Source: Armatimonadota bacterium | GTDB taxonomy: Bacteria > Armatimonadota > SYMT01 | Direction of reading: 5' to 3' | Assembly: GCA_041690135.1 (NCBI GenBank) | Contig: JAWLHY010000003.1 | Coordinates: forward strand, 352,001-416,000 | DNA length: 64,000 bases | In this document: in pieces, positions 1-10,573 of the stretch | Numbering within the stretch: position 1 is the first letter of the stretch | How the letters are laid out: each line of letters begins with the position of its first letter | The notes under the pieces: generated by a model | What the model was told of the DNA's origin: nothing | What the model saw: the letters and a program-made list of their open reading frames with translations, nothing else | Databases searched by the model: none | Translations under genes and position numbers: made by a program

Positions 1-1776
1 GCGCAGGCTGCGTCGCCGGAGGGACACGGAGAACACGGCATTGTCCCAGGCCGCCGCCGCACGGTGTAGCGCCGCCATTGCCGGGTCCCGCTCCGGGGTA
101 ACGGGATCGCCTGGCGGAAGGGGCCGTCGTAGCACCACCAGGGCCAGGGTCGCGCCGGCCAACAGCGGGAGAGTCCAGGGCATCCAGGGTGGAACCGGGG
201 ATGCCGCGCGGACGGGTGAGAACTGGCAGAGGAGCAGGTAGAGGGGGCTGACGGCCGCGACCTGATGCGTCTGGGGGTCCGCGGTCACTCCGAACAGCGC
301 CACTCCGGGCAGGAGATAGGTAGCCAGCCAGGCCCAGGCGTGCAGCATGCCCCGGAGCACCGTCGTCAGCGGCCCGGCCGGCCCCAACAGCATCCGGTTG
401 CGGAAGTACCGCCACCCCAGGCCAAAACCGAACGTCACCCCGGCCGACGCGAGGAGACCCGGAAGGACACGCATCATGTCCGCCAGCGGGAACACACCGC
501 CCGCCAGGCCTGCCAGCAGGACAAAGAGCACCGCGGCGGCGGCGGACTGTCCCCACGCCAGGCCTGCGCTGCGGATAGTGCGCCAGGTCGAGCGCTCTTC
601 CCCGTCACGGCCGCAGCGAAGCACCTCCAGAAAGATGCTGTGGATGAGCAATAGGCCGATGAGCAGGAGGGCCGTAACGCCTCCCGCCGGAGTGGATTGT
701 CCGACCAGCGTTCCGAGCCGGCCCGATTCGATCCACCACGGCCACAGAAAACCCACCAGGAGAAAGAGCAGACAGGGGAAGGCGAGATTCTGCAGGCTCA
801 CTCGCAGCCGGGTCATGAAGTCCGGCGGCTCTCTCTCGGGCCGGTCCGCAGGTTCTCCCGCGTTCGGATCCTCTTCCGGCTCCGGCTCCGGGCCCGTCCC
901 CCAGAGTTGTGCCGCTTCATGGAGCCGCAGGAGTCCGCGGGTGGACCAGTACGCCAGGAATAGCCAGAGCGGCGCGACCTCCCACTGGAAGAAGGGGCGC
1001 GGCTCTCCGACCAGTCGCAGAAGGTCGAGCACCCAGTTGTGCTCCCCGAACGCGCCGACGGCCCGCGCCAGCCCATCGAGCCAGAAGGATGACCCGGGGC
1101 GAACCCTGGCCGCTGCCCCCATCAGGAGAACGAGTAGAAGGCCGTAAGCCCCCAGCGCGCGCCAGAGGGTGGGGAGGGGGCGGTGTGCCGCTTTGGAGCG
1201 ACCGGCGGGCCCCGCTTCCGTCTCCTGACCCGGAGACCAGCCCTCGGCGTGCTGGAGGGCTCCATTCACCTCTCCGGGTGAGGGAAGCCCCAGGCTAAGG
1301 AGCAGCAGGAGCAGGTAGAGCACGCTCAGAATGCGGAGCGGCGGATGGCCGTAGAGGAAGATCAGGAAGTAGACCGGCAGCGGGGCCAGGAGCGAGGGCA
1401 GGCGCAGGGCCGCGCGGGCCAGGCCGAGTTTGAACAGGAACTCGCGCGACGAGAGGGGCAGCAGGCGGAGAAAGTGCAGGCGGTGCTCCCGGGCCTCTTC
1501 ATCCAGGGACAGCGTGGGACTGCCGCCGCCCCAGACCCCCAGGACGTGAAAGAACGCCAGGACGGAAACGAGGACCAGGCTGAAGGGCCGGTCGAGCCAG
1601 ACTCTCCCCGCGGGAGAGGTCGCCTGGTAGAGCAGGTGGAGCAACAGCACCAGCGCTGCCGGCATCGCGGTTCCGCGGAACAATGTCCACCAGGGGCCCT
1701 CGTTGCGGAGCCACCGTTTCCCCTGCAGACGGAGGAACGGGTTCTCGGTGAGCCACTCCCGCAGCCACTCCGCCAT
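1..1776 (-). CDS. Multi-pass membrane protein, ABC-2 permease-like; truncated by the window edge
   Basis: Not in the ORF track because no stop lies in the window. ATG at 1776 reads MAEWLREWLTENPFLRLQGKRW..., the same frame is hydrophobic near 1330-940, and it starts 3 nt after the mnmE stop. Confidence 0.6.
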   Translation of the reverse strand, partial: MAEWLREWLTENPFLRLQGKRWLRNEGPWWTLFRGTAMPAALVLLLHLLYQATSPAGRVWLDRPFSLVLVSVLAFFHVLGVWGGGSPTLSLDEEAREHRLHFLRLLPLSSREFLFKLGLARAALRLPSLLAPLPVYFLIFLYGHPPLRILSVLYLLLLLLSLGLPSPGEVNGALQHAEGWSPGQETEAGPAGRSKAAHRPLPTLWRALGAYGLLLVLLMGAAARVRPGSSFWLDGLARAVGAFGEHNWVLDLLRLVGEPRPFFQWEVAPLWLFLAYWSTRGLLRLHEAAQLWGTGPEPEPEEDPNAGEPADRPEREPPDFMTRLRVSLQNLAFPCLLFLLVGFLWPWWIESGRLGTLVGQSTPAGGVTALLLIGLLLIHSIFLEVLRCGRDGEERSTWRTIRSAGLAWGQSAAAAVLFVLLAGLAGGVFPLADMMRVLPGLLASAGVTFGFGLGWRYFRNRMLLGPAGPLTTVLRGMLHAWAWLATYLLPGVALFGVTADPQTHQVAAVSPLYLLLCQFSPVRAASPVPPWMPWTLPLLAGATLALVVLRRPLPPGDPVTPERDPAMAALHRAAAAWDNAVFSVSLRRRSLR

Positions 1777-1779
1777 GGG

Positions 1780-3156
1780 CTATTTTCCGACGCAGAACCG
1801 GGCGAAGATCTGGCTGATGGTTTCTTCCGTCACCGTTTCCCCCGTAATCTCCCCCAGCGCCTCCGCGGCCAGCCGCAGGTCCAGGGCAATCGCCGCCTGG
1901 TCGAATCCAGTGCCGGACGCTTCGATCGCTCGCTCCAGTGCTTCAACCGCTGTCTGCAGGCGTGCCTGGTGGCGGGTGTTGCTCACCCACACGCTGTCCG
2001 GGGTAAGCCCTCCCAGCAGCAGCCCCGCCAGCGCCTCTTCCAGGGCCTCCAGACCCTCGCCCGTGACCGCAGAGAGTGGCACAATCGGAATCTCGCGGGC
2101 AAACAACGCGGGAACGCTGGTCGGGTCGAGTTGAGTCCCTTGATCGATCTTGTTTGCCGCCACCAGGACTCGCACACCCTGGAGTTCGGCCGCGATTCGG
2201 ACGTCTTCCTCCGTGAGGCCTTCCGCCGCATCCAGCACCCACACGACCACATCCGCCGCGGCAATCTGGCCCCGCGCCCGCTCCACGCCCAGCGCCTCCA
2301 CGCGGTCCACGGTCTCACGCAGACCGGCCGTATCGATGGCGCGCACCGGAATGCCCCGGAGGTTCAGCGACTCCTCGATTATGTCCCGGGTCGTGCCGGG
2401 GATCTCGGTCACGATGGCCCGTTCTTCCCGCAGCAGCGCGTTTAGCAGGCTGCTCTTGCCCACATTCGGACGCCCGACCAGCACCAGGCTCGCCCCCTCC
2501 CGGTAGAGGCGGCCGGCATCTGCGGTCCGGAGCAGTTCCCGCGCCCGGTCGCGAACCCCCCGCGCCCGTTCCGCGACTTCCGCATCGGCCGGGGGCTCCT
2601 CGTCGTCCGGGAAGTCGATGGCGACCTCGATCTCCGCGAGGAGGGTGATCAGGGCATGCCGGAGCGCCGCGATCTCCCGCGAAAGACGGCCGGAAAGCTG
2701 ACCCGTGGCCACCCGCAGCGCGGCATCGGTCCGCGCGCGGATCACGTCGATCACCGACTCCGCCGCCGCCAGGTCGAGGCGGCCATTGAGAAAGGCCCGC
2801 TGCGTAAACTCTCCCGGCTCCGCCAACCGCGCCCCGGCCCGGACGAGATCCCGCAGCAGTGTCCCCAGTACCAGGTTGCTGCCGTGGCACGCCAGCTCCA
2901 CCACGTCTTCCCCGGTGTAGCTCCGCGGGCCGGCGTAATAAGTGAGCACGCACTCGTCCAGCTTCTCCTCGGTGTCGGGCCGCACCACATACCCGTACAC
3001 GGCGCGATGGCTCGGGGGGAGGGGGTCGGCCGGCGTCCGGTAGCGCCGGAACAGACCCAGGCACAACGGCATTGCCTGGGGCCCGCTGGCGCGGACGATC
3101 CCGATTCCGGCTTCCCCCGGCGCGGTGGCAATGGCGGCAATCGTGTCACCTGTCAT
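1780..3156 (-). CDS. mnmE: tRNA modification GTPase MnmE/TrmE
   Basis: DTIAAIAT start, SYTGEDVVE, GEFTQRAFLNG, GRPNVGKSS, GTTRD, DTAG, NKID, C-terminal FCVGK. Confidence 0.98.
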   Translation of the reverse strand: MTGDTIAAIATAPGEAGIGIVRASGPQAMPLCLGLFRRYRTPADPLPPSHRAVYGYVVRPDTEEKLDECVLTYYAGPRSYTGEDVVELACHGSNLVLGTLLRDLVRAGARLAEPGEFTQRAFLNGRLDLAAAESVIDVIRARTDAALRVATGQLSGRLSREIAALRHALITLLAEIEVAIDFPDDEEPPADAEVAERARGVRDRARELLRTADAGRLYREGASLVLVGRPNVGKSSLLNALLREERAIVTEIPGTTRDIIEESLNLRGIPVRAIDTAGLRETVDRVEALGVERARGQIAAADVVVWVLDAAEGLTEEDVRIAAELQGVRVLVAANKIDQGTQLDPTSVPALFAREIPIVPLSAVTGEGLEALEEALAGLLLGGLTPDSVWVSNTRHQARLQTAVEALERAIEASGTGFDQAAIALDLRLAAEALGEITGETVTEETISQIFARFCVGK

Positions 3157-3263
3157 GGAACCAATTGTACCGCCCCGCCCCCTGAAGTAAAAGGGGGAAC
3201 GGAAGCGGCCTTCCGACCACTCCCATTCCCCATTCGTCCTTCGCCCCATTCCCGCCAGGAGGG

Positions 3264-4337
3264 CTACTTCTTCGGCGGCGTGTTGTTGTTGCGGATCGTT
3301 TCACGAGACCCGGCAACCTGTTCCGTCTCTGTTCCGGCCGGAACGGGAACCAGCACGCTCGCGCCCGGCACCACCAGATCGGGTGCCTGGGCCGCGGTCG
3401 TGAGGCGACCGTCGCTCCCGAAGAAGAAGACGTTCTCGATCGGATAGCGCTCCGTGCGCACCTCCCCGTTGAGCGTGATCCGCACCTGCGCACCCGTGGC
3501 GCCCAGCCGGATCAGTTCCCCTTCTGTAATCGCGCGGTTCTCCATCACGTCCTGGATCTGGCGGCTCGCCCGCAGCTCCATCGCCGTTACGACGCCCGTG
3601 TCCACCACCAGGGGATCCGTGGTTTCCTGACGCGATCCAGCTACCAGCTCCTGGCCGACGTTCGTTCCCGGAACCACCGCCACCTCGGTCGGGATCCGGG
3701 GGCCCGCTACGGGAGCGCTACGGCGAGCGATGGCCGTGCCGTTCAACGCCTGTTGCTGGGCCTGGGCCTGAAGGCGGGCCGCACGAGCTATGCGGTTCGC
3801 GATCACGGCCTGGTTCCACACCGGCGGCACCGCCCCTACGGGCAGTGGCGGCAGGAGCTGTTCGGCCCGCGGGTAGGTTGGGATCCCCGTGCTGAACATT
3901 CCGGGGTAGTAGGGGGAGAAGAAACCGGATCCGGCACCGGGAAAGAAACCGGTCCCGGTGCCGGGGAAGAGCCCGGTCCCCAGGTTATCGAGCGGCGAAC
4001 CGAAAACGTAGCCGGAAGCGGGGAACCCATAGAGGCCGGGCTGGTTTGCGATACCGGCCGCCGGGCTGGGGAACTGGCCCGTGCCGAACGCTCCCAGGGG
4101 CGCGAAGCCGACACCGGGAACAAACTGGAACGGGGTGCTTCCGATAAAGAATGGGTTCACCTGGCTGATGGGCCCCCGGAGCCCCGGCACGTTGGCGATG
4201 GCCGCCCCCGGGCTAGCCGTGATGCCGCCACCCTGGGCGATATTCGGTGCGGCGCCTATGCCTGTACTTATCTGTGCTTGTGCAATGCCGCCGGACAGGG
4301 CCATCACGGCCGCCGGCAGCAGAAAACGCCTGATCAT
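3264..4337 (-). CDS. Secreted Gly/Pro/Phe-rich hypothetical protein
   Basis: GGAG RBS, signal peptide ending AQA, low-complexity N-terminal half. Confidence 0.7.
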   Translation of the reverse strand: MIRRFLLPAAVMALSGGIAQAQISTGIGAAPNIAQGGGITASPGAAIANVPGLRGPISQVNPFFIGSTPFQFVPGVGFAPLGAFGTGQFPSPAAGIANQPGLYGFPASGYVFGSPLDNLGTGLFPGTGTGFFPGAGSGFFSPYYPGMFSTGIPTYPRAEQLLPPLPVGAVPPVWNQAVIANRIARAARLQAQAQQQALNGTAIARRSAPVAGPRIPTEVAVVPGTNVGQELVAGSRQETTDPLVVDTGVVTAMELRASRQIQDVMENRAITEGELIRLGATGAQVRITLNGEVRTERYPIENVFFFGSDGRLTTAAQAPDLVVPGASVLVPVPAGTETEQVAGSRETIRNNNTPPKK

Positions 4338-4431
4338 TCCAACTCCCTCCGCAGGCGTGTACTACCGGCCTGCATGGAGTCCGTACCGCTCTCTGCAAGC
4401 TTCCAAACGTTGGCGTTGTCTTACACTCTTG

Positions 4432-5211
4432 TTAAGCAGGCGGGCGGAGTAGCTGCCGGGCAAGGCGGAGATCGGACGGGCGATCGATGTCGGTTCCAAT
4501 CTCCGGATAGGGGGTGACGATCAGCCGGCACCGCACGCCCATCAGGCGGGATGCGCCTTGTTCGATCTGCTCTCGCTGCAGGCGACCGGTGGCGAGGCGG
4601 AGCACGTTTCCGGCGCCGATGAGGCGGGCGAGGTACAGGGGATTCTTGCGCCGGAGGTAGGCCTCGCGGACCGCCTCGACCATCTGAGGGAAGCTGGCCA
4701 GCCGCTGGAACACGGCGTTGCCGCCGGTCACCGTCTCGGCGGAGATGCGGACATAAGTGCGCTTCATCCCGGGGAACCGCTTCTCACAGGCCATCCGGGG
4801 GATCGCCGCGTAACAACAGTCCGCCCTCGCTTCCCGGCAGCGCCGCACGTAATCGTCCACGGCGGTTGGGTGGAGAAATGGAATGTCCGCCGTCACGAGG
4901 AGGGCGAACTCCGCGTCGCCACAGCGGCTGAGACCGGCCTGGATGTTTTCCGGCAGGCTTCCTTCCGCCGCTATCTGGTCGTCGATGCCGGGCAGCGAGG
5001 GAAATCCGGGCGGGGCGACGAGCAGGATCCGCCCGATGGTGCTCGCCTCACGAAGCGCCTCGACAACGTAGCGTACCATGGGCCAGCCGTTGATATCGGC
5101 CAGCGCGCGCTGGGGAACGCCGGCTTCCTCGGCAAAGTCCGGGTGGGTCTTGCCGCCCGCGAGCACCAGTGCCGGGATGCGGGCATCCAACGAGAGAGGA
5201 GATGAAGGCAT
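4432..5211 (-). CDS. MobA-like NTP transferase / nucleotidyltransferase family protein
   Basis: LVLAGG, ADIPF and DIDRPSDL motifs; starts 9 nt after the recF stop. Confidence 0.85.
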   Translation of the reverse strand: MPSSPLSLDARIPALVLAGGKTHPDFAEEAGVPQRALADINGWPMVRYVVEALREASTIGRILLVAPPGFPSLPGIDDQIAAEGSLPENIQAGLSRCGDAEFALLVTADIPFLHPTAVDDYVRRCREARADCCYAAIPRMACEKRFPGMKRTYVRISAETVTGGNAVFQRLASFPQMVEAVREAYLRRKNPLYLARLIGAGNVLRLATGRLQREQIEQGASRLMGVRCRLIVTPYPEIGTDIDRPSDLRLARQLLRPPA

Positions 5212-5220
5212 TTGGGGATG

Positions 5221-6381
5221 TTAGCTGTTGACCTCGCGCAGCTCGCCGTCGCGCACCTGGTAGACACACGCTTCCCGGAGCACGGAAGACGGCAAGAGCT
5301 CCCGGTCGGTGGTGGAGAGGAAGGTTTGACAGTTGCCGAGCGTTACATCGAAGATATGGGCTCGGCGCCGGGCATCCAGCTCGCTGAAAACGTCGTCGAG
5401 GAGGCAGACCGGCGGCTCCCCGGCCAGTTCCCGCATCAACTCCACTTCGGCCAGCTTGGCGGCGAGGGCCACCGTCCGTTGCTGTCCCTGGCTGCCGTAG
5501 ACCCGCACGTCGCGACCGTTGACCAGGAACAGCACGTCGTCCCGGTGGGGGCCTACCAGCGAGACCTGTCGCCGGAACTCTTCCTCCCGCACCCCGTTCA
5601 GGGCGGCCCGGAACGCCTCCTGCGTCGGCTCGAGGCCCTCGGCTTCCCGCGCAGACATGGTGCCGAGGGTCTCGGGCACCTTGAAGCAGGGGCGGTAGGC
5701 AATGGTCAACCGCTCCGACTGCTCCGTGAGGAGTCCGTGGATCGGCAACGCGTATTCGGAGAGGTGCTGCAGGAACTGGTGGCGGCGCAGCGCCAGGCGG
5801 CTGCCGTAAGTGATGAGCTGCTCCGTCCAGGCGCCCAGGTTATCTTCCAGGGTGGCCCGCAGCGACCGGTCGCGGGCGAGCTTCAGGAGCCGGTTTCGCT
5901 GCTCCACCACCTTCCGGTAGCAGGAGAGAGCGTGGCAGTAGCTTGGGCTGAGCTGTGAGATCTCCAGATCGAGGAACCGCCGCCGCCGGGAGGGTTCCCC
6001 GCGGACCACCTCCAGGTCCGAGAGGCTGAAGGCCACCGCCTTGAGTTGTCCTACGAAATCCATCGCCCGCGTGACGCGGATGGTGTTGACCACCAACGAC
6101 TTTTTCTCGGTCTGGCTCAAAGCCACTTCCAGGTCGACGTCGTTCGCTTTCTCCCGGAGTACCTGGCCCATTACCACCGCGGCCGGGGCATCCCACCGCA
6201 CCATCTCGGTGTCTTTGCTCCCCCGCATCGACTTGCTGGTGGCCAGGAGGTAGACGGCTTCGAGAAGGGTGGTTTTGCCCTGGGCATTCCCGCCCACCAG
6301 CACGTTCAGCGAGGGCCCGAATTCCCGCTGGAACGAGGGGTAGTTGCGGAACTGCTGGAGTGTGAGATGGCGCAGGAGCAA
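5221..6381 (-). CDS. recF: DNA replication and repair protein RecF
   Basis: FRNY, GGNAQGKT Walker A, RRRFLD, GPHRDD, SQGQQR, LLDDVFSELD. Confidence 0.98.
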   Translation of the reverse strand: MLLRHLTLQQFRNYPSFQREFGPSLNVLVGGNAQGKTTLLEAVYLLATSKSMRGSKDTEMVRWDAPAAVVMGQVLREKANDVDLEVALSQTEKKSLVVNTIRVTRAMDFVGQLKAVAFSLSDLEVVRGEPSRRRRFLDLEISQLSPSYCHALSCYRKVVEQRNRLLKLARDRSLRATLEDNLGAWTEQLITYGSRLALRRHQFLQHLSEYALPIHGLLTEQSERLTIAYRPCFKVPETLGTMSAREAEGLEPTQEAFRAALNGVREEEFRRQVSLVGPHRDDVLFLVNGRDVRVYGSQGQQRTVALAAKLAEVELMRELAGEPPVCLLDDVFSELDARRRAHIFDVTLGNCQTFLSTTDRELLPSSVLREACVYQVRDGELREVNS

Positions 6382-6524
6382 AGGTGAAAGCCTGGGAACG
6401 ACGCGGCCCGGCGCCGCACCGGGGTTATACTAGCGGATGGGTTCCCCGGCGTAAAGCGGCGCAAGACCGACCGGATTGCACTTCCCGCCCCGAGGTGGCA
6501 GTTGGCCTTCAGGGGGCATCCGTT

Positions 6525-7235
6525 ATGAACCAAAGCGTAAACCGCGTGTGCTGGCTGCTGACGCTCTTCGCCGTGATCGGTGGAACCGGGGTGGGCCACA
6601 CCGCCGACTCGACGGAAGCGCGGCTGACGAAGGCAAAACTGAAGCGCGGAAAGCTCGCCGGCGCGCGGGCCGCCGGGGCCGATCTCCGGGAAGTCCGCTT
6701 GCCGGGCGAGAATCTGACGCGGGCCGATCTCAGCCGGGCGCGTCTCTACCGGGCGGATCTCAACCGGGCCAAGCTGGGCTACGTCAATTTCCGCAACGCG
6801 GACCTCACCAATGCCAACCTGGCCTACTCCCGGATGGGTTACGCCACCCTGCTCTCCACGACCCTTAGCGGAGCCGACCTTACCGCGGCCGATCTCACCA
6901 GCGCCAATCTCTCCAACGCCAATCTCGTGGGAACCGAGCTCAGCGGGGCCATTCTTACGGGGGCTATCCTGAGCTGGGCCAACTGTACCGGCGCCCGGTT
7001 GACCCGGTGCAATCTCCGGCGGGCCAAGTTCAACTACACGGACTTGCGGCGCGCGGACCTTACGGAGGCGTCGCTCGCCGGCGCGGACCTGCAGACGGCC
7101 AAGCTCAACTACGCGCGGATGCGCGGCGCCACTTACGACGAGTCGACGAAGTGGCCGCCCGAATTCCGGCCCGATCTACAGGGGCTCCGCTTCGAATCCG
7201 GCAATCCCCTGGCCAAGCCTCCCGGCACCAAATAA
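6525..7235 (+). CDS. Secreted pentapeptide repeat protein
   Basis: Many A(D/N)LxX pentapeptides, N-terminal signal peptide, C-terminal YDESTKWP motif. Start chosen at ATG 6525. Confidence 0.9.
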   Translation: MNQSVNRVCWLLTLFAVIGGTGVGHTADSTEARLTKAKLKRGKLAGARAAGADLREVRLPGENLTRADLSRARLYRADLNRAKLGYVNFRNADLTNANLAYSRMGYATLLSTTLSGADLTAADLTSANLSNANLVGTELSGAILTGAILSWANCTGARLTRCNLRRAKFNYTDLRRADLTEASLAGADLQTAKLNYARMRGATYDESTKWPPEFRPDLQGLRFESGNPLAKPPGTK

Positions 7236-7244
7236 GGTCCTGGG

Positions 7245-7763
7245 TCAGTACTCGATCAAGCTGCAGATATCGTAGCCTTCGAGCACGTCACGGCCGTTGA
7301 GGAAGCCGAGCTCCACCAGGAACGATAGGCCGATCACTTCGCCGCCGAGCTTCTCCGCCAGGCCGATTGCCGCCGCGCAGGTGCCGCCGGTGGCCAGCAG
7401 GTCGTCCACCACGAGCACCCGCTGCCCGGGCCGAATGGCGTCCTTTTGCATCTCCACGGTGTTGGTCCCGTACTCCAGGGCATACTCCAGCCGGATCGTC
7501 TCCCCCGGGAGTTTGCCGAGCTTGCGCACAGGGACGAAACCGGCGCCCAGGGCCAGCGCCAGGGGCGCCCCGAAGACGAAGCCGCGCGACTCGATGCCGA
7601 CCACCACATCCACCCGCTTATCGCGGCCATAGTCCAGCATGCGGTCGATGACTTCCTGGAAGGCTGCCGGGTGCTGCAGCACCGGGGTGATGTCCTTGAA
7701 TACGATTCCGGCTTTCGGGAAGTCCTTGACGTCCCGGATCAAGCGCTTGGCCAACAGCTCCAT
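7245..7763 (-). CDS. apt: Adenine phosphoribosyltransferase
   Basis: [41 protein letters not shown]. Confidence 0.98.
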   Translation of the reverse strand: MELLAKRLIRDVKDFPKAGIVFKDITPVLQHPAAFQEVIDRMLDYGRDKRVDVVVGIESRGFVFGAPLALALGAGFVPVRKLGKLPGETIRLEYALEYGTNTVEMQKDAIRPGQRVLVVDDLLATGGTCAAAIGLAEKLGGEVIGLSFLVELGFLNGRDVLEGYDICSLIEY

Positions 7764-7787
7764 GAAACAGGTCTCTCCATCCGCCCA

Positions 7788-8834
<1,047 letters not shown>

Positions 8835-8841
8835 TTTGGAA

Positions 8842-9633
8842 TTACCCGACTACGGCGCGGCGTGCCTCTTCTTCGCACGCGCACGCGCGGTCTCCGGAGA
8901 GTTGGGGGAGCATCGAACGAATCAGGCTCTGAACCTTGCCGACGTTCTCGTGAAACACGCGGAAGACCTCGTCGATGGAGACGGGCTCGCGCCCCTGGGC
9001 AATGCCGGTATCGTAATCGGTCACGAGCGCGATACCGGTGTAGCAGAGGCCCAGCTCACGCGCCAGGATCGCCTCCGGATACTGGGTCATGCCCACCACG
9101 TCCCAGCCCTCGCGGGTGAACCAGGCGCTTTCCGCGCGGGTGGAGAACCGCGGGCCCTGAATGGTGACCATCGTCCCCGTTTCGTGGACTGTAATCCCCT
9201 GCTCGCGGGCCGTTTCGATGGCGACCTGGCGCAGGCGGGAGCAGTACGGCTCGGCCGCGCCGATGTGGTGGGTCTCCGGCCCGTTGAAAAAGGTATCGGC
9301 TCGCCCGCGCGTCCGGTCGATGAACTGGTCGAGGATGACGAAGTCGCCGGGATGGATGTGGGTCTGGAGGCTACCACAGGAGCAGGGCGCCAGGATCTCC
9401 TTGACCCCCAGTTCCTTGAAAGCCCAGATGTTGGCGCGGTAGTTGACCGCATGAGCAGGAACGGAGTGGTCGCGACCGTGCCGGGGGAGGAAGGCGACCC
9501 GCTTCCCTTCCAGAGTCGCGATGGCCAGTTTGTCGCTGGTAGGGCCGTAGGGGGTGTGGACCCGCACCTCTTCCACGTCCGGAAGGAACGAGTAGAAGCC
9601 GGAGCCGCCGAAAATACCGATGTCTGCGTGCAT
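8842..9633 (-). CDS. mtnP: S-methyl-5'-thioadenosine phosphorylase
   Basis: IGIFGGSG, TPYG, RHG, NYRANI, GPRFSTRAES, VGMT, VTDYD. Confidence 0.95.
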   Translation of the reverse strand: MHADIGIFGGSGFYSFLPDVEEVRVHTPYGPTSDKLAIATLEGKRVAFLPRHGRDHSVPAHAVNYRANIWAFKELGVKEILAPCSCGSLQTHIHPGDFVILDQFIDRTRGRADTFFNGPETHHIGAAEPYCSRLRQVAIETAREQGITVHETGTMVTIQGPRFSTRAESAWFTREGWDVVGMTQYPEAILARELGLCYTGIALVTDYDTGIAQGREPVSIDEVFRVFHENVGKVQSLIRSMLPQLSGDRACACEEEARRAVVG

Positions 9634-9636
9634 ACG

Positions 9637-10539
9637 TTAGCGTCCGAAAGCCATGATCAGGGCACAGGTCACCGTCCAGAGGATTCCGCAAATGAGGAGC
9701 GGGCGGTCCTCGAACAACTCCGCGGAAGGATCGCCTCCCTTGCCGTGCCGGTGCATGAGTTGCAGGAAGCGCAAGATCCCATACAGCACGTAGGGAATGG
9801 TCAGCATCATCAGGGGGCGCTCCCGCGCGGTTTGCGACGTGAAGGTATAGAGCATATACGCCATCAGCGTGCAGCCGGTGATGATGCCGATCATTTGATC
9901 CAGCATCGGGACGGTGTATTCCTCCAGGATCTTGCGGTGGCCGCGGGCGTCGTCGAGGGTAACGAGCTCGTTGCGGCGCTTACCCAATCCGATCAGGAGG
10001 GCGCCCAGCAAGGTACAGATGAGGAGCCAGGGGCTGATTTCCACGGCGATCACCACCGCTCCCGCAGCGGCCCGGATCACGTAGCAGCTCGCCAGGGCCA
10101 TCACGTCGATCAACACCTGGTGTTTGAGCCACACCGAGTAAGCGAGCGTCACGGCGACGTACACCACGGAGACGATCGCGAACTGCGGGCCGAGCAAAAG
10201 CGCTCCTGCCAGCCCGCCCAGCGCCAGGATCACCGCCATGGCCAGCGCCGTAGGTACCGATACAAACCCGGCAGCAATGGGGCGGCGGCATTTCTTGGGA
10301 TGTCTCCGGTCCTGCTCCAGGTCGCACACGTCGTTGACCAGGTAAATGGAGCTGGCGAGCGCGCAGAAGACCCCGATGCCCGCGATCACCCGCAACCAGT
10401 GCGCCCACGGGTGGCCCTGGTCCAGCGTAAAGACGATGCCTGCCAGCAGCACGACATTCTTCACCCACTGCTTCGGGCGCAGGGCCAGAAACATGGCGAG
10501 CGGCAGGACGGGGGCTTTCATCGGGACGTCGGTGACCAT
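9637..10539 (-). CDS. UbiA-family decaprenyl-phosphate phosphoribosyltransferase-like protein
   Basis: RPKQWVKN, YLVNDxxDxxxDRxHPxKxxRPIAAG, KRRNEL. Confidence 0.9.
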   Translation of the reverse strand: MVTDVPMKAPVLPLAMFLALRPKQWVKNVVLLAGIVFTLDQGHPWAHWLRVIAGIGVFCALASSIYLVNDVCDLEQDRRHPKKCRRPIAAGFVSVPTALAMAVILALGGLAGALLLGPQFAIVSVVYVAVTLAYSVWLKHQVLIDVMALASCYVIRAAAGAVVIAVEISPWLLICTLLGALLIGLGKRRNELVTLDDARGHRKILEEYTVPMLDQMIGIITGCTLMAYMLYTFTSQTARERPLMMLTIPYVLYGILRFLQLMHRHGKGGDPSAELFEDRPLLICGILWTVTCALIMAFGR

Positions 10540-10573
10540 GGGCTTGGGTGAGGTGGAGTGGACCTTTGCGGAA

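Noticed and set aside
1780-6524. Replication origin suggested by mnmE and recF being close together
   Set aside because: No dnaA, dnaN or gyrB, and I saw no DnaA-box cluster or AT-rich unwinding element.
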